Shown piece after piece: positions 61,608-64,000 of a stretch of DNA of 64,000 bases. The stretch is from the IMG/VR virus record IMGVR_UViG_3300011977_000001. One strand, written 5' to 3'. Position numbers and translations under genes: made by a program. This DNA is from a virus. How positions within the stretch are numbered: the first letter of the stretch is position 1; each line of letters begins with the position of its first letter. Under the pieces are notes generated by a model. That model was not told where the DNA came from, did not search any database, and saw nothing but the letters and a program-made list of their open reading frames with translations.

Positions 61608-62100
61608 GCTCTTTCCTCCAGTCATTCGCCACCCACGACAGCACTTCACACGGTGTATATCTGCCTTTCAGTTCTGCCGCCTTAATCTGATAATCAAGTA
61701 ACCATGTCCATACTGATTTCATATAGGCATCGGACAGCGGTTCTGGCTGTGCGGATGGCAAGTCCTCAATTTCGTCAAGACATTCAGCAACCGCACCAAG
61801 CCACCCTTGTTCGTCTTGTACACTTGCATTTACTCTCTGCATTAATTCATGTTTTGTTTTAAACATCGTAATGCCAATAAGCGCATCAATCGCCGCCTGT
61901 CTGCTGATTGAATCCGAACCATTCGGTATTTCCGAACACTTCAATGCGTCAATTGCCATATCTAATGCTACATTTCGTTTTGTTTGCATTACTGCCGCTT
62001 TTGGCACCGGAATATCAATCCTCATGCCTTCCAGAATCGTTATTGCTTCTTTTGGACTTAAATTCTTCATACCTAGGCCTTCATTCTTCATCCCTCTCAC
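61591..62100 (-). CDS. RQAAIDA-box / PSAQPE-box protein
   Basis: 169 aa with an internal SISRQAAIDALIG and a later LPSAQPEPLSD. Confidence 0.55.
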   Translation of the reverse strand: MRGMKNEGLGMKNLSPKEAITILEGMRIDIPVPKAAVMQTKRNVALDMAIDALKCSEIPNGSDSISRQAAIDALIGITMFKTKHELMQRVNASVQDEQGWLGAVAECLDEIEDLPSAQPEPLSDAYMKSVWTWLLDYQIKAAELKGRYTPCEVLSWVANDWRKEHERSD

Positions 62101-62354
62101 CTCTCTGCCTTAAAGCAATAATCGTCAGGTGCTGTGTAATCGCGCATAACGTTGCAACCATGTTTTCCGCTTATTGAAAGATATGCTCTCATCCAGTACT
62201 TGCAATCCTTGCACCGTATGATTTCTGGCTGTGCGGATGGCACGTTTTCAAGAACTTTATCGCCTAAAGGGCTTGTCCCATCCCATGCAAAAACACGTTC
62301 AAATGCTTTATTAATCGCATCAATCGCCGCCTGCCTGCTGATTAAATCATCCAT
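62097..62354 (-). CDS. RQAAIDA-box / PSAQPE-box protein with CKDCKYW Cys domain
   Basis: 85 aa: MDDLISRQAAIDAI...VPSAQPEIIRCKDCKYW...GCNV...DDYCFKAE. Confidence 0.6.
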   Translation of the reverse strand: MDDLISRQAAIDAINKAFERVFAWDGTSPLGDKVLENVPSAQPEIIRCKDCKYWMRAYLSISGKHGCNVMRDYTAPDDYCFKAER

Positions 62355-62371
62355 CGGTTCTCCTTTCTGCC
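62317..62371 (-). repeat. 55-nt gene-junction cassette, copy A
   Basis: 54/55 identical to 62645-62699. It encodes the ..AERRTDG stop of the upstream gene, the AAAGGAGAA RBS and MDDLISRQAAIDA of the downstream gene. Confidence 0.9.
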
Positions 62372-62682
62372 CTGTGCGTCAGAAACTGCTCCCAACACGC
62401 AACTCCGACAGGATTCGGGCAAGCATCAATCACTTCGCATTTTTCGGGTAACCATTCATCAATGCCGTTGTAGTTGCAAGCGCAAGCATCCCCAAACAAC
62501 TCTGCTAATAGGCAGGCAACTGTATGGTTGTTCCATTCGGTCTGTGGCTGTGCGGATGGCACTTCATTCAACCATTCCGTCAATGCCGAAATAATTCCAG
62601 GATAGCTTACTGGAACGTCTGTCGTTTGCAAATGCTTATCAAGTGCATCAATCGCCGCCTGTCTGCTGATTAAATCATCCAT
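62347..62682 (-). CDS. RQAAIDA-box / PSAQPE-box protein
   Basis: 111 aa: MDDLISRQAAIDAL...VPSAQPQTEW... ending AERRTDG. Confidence 0.6.
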   Translation of the reverse strand: MDDLISRQAAIDALDKHLQTTDVPVSYPGIISALTEWLNEVPSAQPQTEWNNHTVACLLAELFGDACACNYNGIDEWLPEKCEVIDACPNPVGVACWEQFLTHRAERRTDG

Positions 62683-62699
62683 CGGTTCTCCTTTCTGCC
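62645..62699 (-). repeat. 55-nt gene-junction cassette, copy B
   Basis: See copy A. Shorter copies of the 21-29-nt core are at 61570-61590, 61883-61909 and 63724-63752. Confidence 0.9.
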
Positions 62700-62983
62700 T
62701 TATCCGCTTTCATTTCAAACATATGTGTTTCTGCTCTCTTGAATCCACACTTCTCATAAACGTGAATTGCTCTCGAATTATCAGACCGCACCCATAAAGA
62801 TTTGTACCCCTGTGATACCAGTTCCTTAACAACCTTTGTACCATAACCTTTATTCTGATATGGTTCAAAGATAATCAGTCTTGCAATTTCATTTCTTTCA
62901 GGACATAATTCCACAGTACCTATCTTTATGCCATCAACCCAAATATCGTTTTCCACAAATGTTTCTGTCTTTTCAATCAGCAT
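62675..62983 (-). CDS. small GNAT-like acetyltransferase
   Basis: Start chosen at MLIEKTETF (ATG 62981-62983), giving 102 aa. The acetyl-CoA motif A-like segment is RLIIFEPYQNKGYGTKVVKELV. This is short for a GNAT. It ends AERRTDG. Confidence 0.5.
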   Translation of the reverse strand: MLIEKTETFVENDIWVDGIKIGTVELCPERNEIARLIIFEPYQNKGYGTKVVKELVSQGYKSLWVRSDNSRAIHVYEKCGFKRAETHMFEMKADKAERRTDG

Positions 62984-63281
62984 TCTCCCCCACCTCCATC
63001 TTTGCTCCGCAGTTCGGGCAGAAATTTGTATCGTTTGTATGTAATTCGTAATCACACAACGAGCAATATGCAACTCCATGCACGTGAGGCTTTTCAATCC
63101 ACCGCCCTCTAATGCGTTCTGGCTGTGCGGATGGTAACTGTTCGGCATTTCCGAACTGTTCAAGCGATTCAAACGCTTTTCTTACAGCAACAATGAGCGA
63201 ATCCCTTTCTGTGGGTCTGTTCGCTAATACATCGTCCAATATGCGGCACACTTTTTTGCATTGCTCTTCTCTAAGGCTCAT
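62973..63281 (-). CDS. PSAQPE-box protein with zinc ribbon (CSLCDY...FCPNCGAKME)
   Basis: Start chosen at MSLREEQ (AAAGGAG RBS, ATGA overlap), giving 102 aa. Confidence 0.55.
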   Translation of the reverse strand: MSLREEQCKKVCRILDDVLANRPTERDSLIVAVRKAFESLEQFGNAEQLPSAQPERIRGRWIEKPHVHGVAYCSLCDYELHTNDTNFCPNCGAKMEVGENAD

Positions 63282-63457
63282 TCTGTTCTCCTTTCCCACG
63301 GATATTTTTCAGCCCTTTTGCCATCCACAATTTTGCAATAGCATCTTTCGTCACTCATAACATATTTGCCATTATTTTCAATATTCACATCACAATCATG
63401 ATACTTTCCGTAGATACTTCTGTCGCAATCCTTGCAGTATGTTTCTCTATTATCCAT
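63278..63457 (-). CDS. small Cys-rich protein (59 aa)
   Basis: Hand-translated as MDNRETYCKDCDRSIYGKYHDCDVNIENNGKYVMSDERCYCKIVDGKRAEKYPWERRTE. It overlaps both neighbours by a few nt. It is below the ORF-track cutoff. Confidence 0.45.
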   Translation of the reverse strand: MDNRETYCKDCDRSIYGKYHDCDVNIENNGKYVMSDERCYCKIVDGKRAEKYPWERRTE

Positions 63458-63758
63458 CGCTTTCTCCTCTCATATCCGCACCGCAGTTCGGGCAGAAATG
63501 ATAATCCTTTATGAAATTAATAAACTTGTGAGTATAATCCCACGGCACAAAGAATCCGCATTTATCGCAGTGATAGCCGTCTATGCCATACTCATCCTCG
63601 CCGTATGTCCACTTTCCCCTCATCCTCTGGGGCTGTGCGGAGGGCAGATTTCTCAAATCTTTTCGTAATAACAAAATCTCTGTCGTCTGCTCCATTGGTA
63701 TAGAGTCAAACCTTTTATCGAGTGCATCAATCGCCGCCTGTCTGCTGATTAAGTCCAT
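63450..63758 (-). CDS. RQAAIDA-box / PSAQPE-box protein with zinc ribbon (CDKCG...FCPNCGADM)
   Basis: 102 aa: MDLISRQAAIDALDK...LPSAQPQRMRGKW... Confidence 0.6.
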   Translation of the reverse strand: MDLISRQAAIDALDKRFDSIPMEQTTEILLLRKDLRNLPSAQPQRMRGKWTYGEDEYGIDGYHCDKCGFFVPWDYTHKFINFIKDYHFCPNCGADMRGESDG

Positions 63759-64000
63759 AGCGCACCTTTTACCTTTCTTACGATTTCATGGCAAGTTCTG
63801 ACAAGGCTGTCCTCATACGGCTCACGACAATCTCTGAGCTCATCATCTACCTGTTTGCAGACCTTCTCTTCTCTACCCATCGCCGCAAGGAATATTCTTT
63901 GCTCTTTGTCAGTAAGCGGCTCTGGCTGTGCGGATGGCAATTCTAGCAACGCCCCTTCCATCACATCACTGTAAACAGCTTCGGCACTCCACGCCACATG
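63749..64000 (-). CDS. PSAQPE-box protein, 5' end probably outside the window
   Basis: The ORF is open to the right edge and contains LELPSAQPEPLTDKEQ. Confidence 0.45.
   Translation of the reverse strand, partial: HVAWSAEAVYSDVMEGALLELPSAQPEPLTDKEQRIFLAAMGREEKVCKQVDDELRDCREPYEDSLVRTCHEIVRKVKGALWT

Noticed and set aside
61570-63939. Short near-identical repeats as a CRISPR array
   Set aside because: Two different boxes alternate with irregular spacing (about 80-900 nt). Every copy lies in frame inside protein-coding ORFs or across gene junctions including an RBS. There are no cas genes and no uniform repeat-spacer periodicity.
1-64000. Alternative genetic code / stop-codon recoding suggested by atypical tRNA-like genes
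   Set aside because: Very long uninterrupted ORFs (1820 aa, 1732 aa, 582 aa, 567 aa) and tightly coupled gene ends all work with the standard bacterial code. There is no pattern of in-frame TAG/TGA splitting recognisable genes.
1-64000. Integrase, attachment sites, lysis cassette
   Set aside because: None could be supported inside this window. The region left of the DGR RT runs off the edge (only a 23-codon fragment), and the right edge is still in early genes.

Overview
This window holds the late/structural half and part of the early region of a temperate contractile-tailed phage or prophage of a Firmicutes/Clostridia-type host. Almost every gene is on the minus strand. All domain calls are by-eye motif recognition; no searches were run.

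Gene order, right to left:
- 52-64 kb: an early region of small Cys-rich/zinc-ribbon and HTH proteins.
- 51.5-51.9 kb: two tRNA-like elements.
- 46.5-50.4 kb: TerS-like, TerL and a Mu-type (DUF935-like) portal.
- 25-46 kb: an unusual ~21 kb block of toxin/effector-like genes.
- 20.8-24.9 kb: XkdF-like protease fusion, scaffold, decoration protein and major capsid.
- 2-20 kb: connectors and a PBSX-like tail (sheath, tube, chaperone with a -1 frameshift site, 1820-aa tape measure, LysM proteins, baseplate).
- 0.2-3.2 kb: a complete diversity-generating retroelement (target-avd-TR-RT) that diversifies the lectin-fold tip of a tail-fibre protein. All 11 TR/VR mismatches sit at template adenines.

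The most interesting signal is in the effector block. One short peptide (EIKKYNPYHGKDGKFTTGG) is found in 11 genes, at or near the start of 10 proteins, and recurs at the domain boundaries of a 1712-aa polyvalent protein with three ADP-ribosyltransferase domains. The tagged proteins also include a toxSAS (with an adjacent SAH hydrolase), a zeta-like kinase, HExxH peptidases and a MuF remnant. I interpret it as a shared capsid-loading/ejection or processing tag.

Other notable features are an IS110-family insertion inside this block, a recurring palindromic promoter-proximal motif, a DUF2829 (Tad2-like) protein, and near-identical gene-junction cassettes in the early region.
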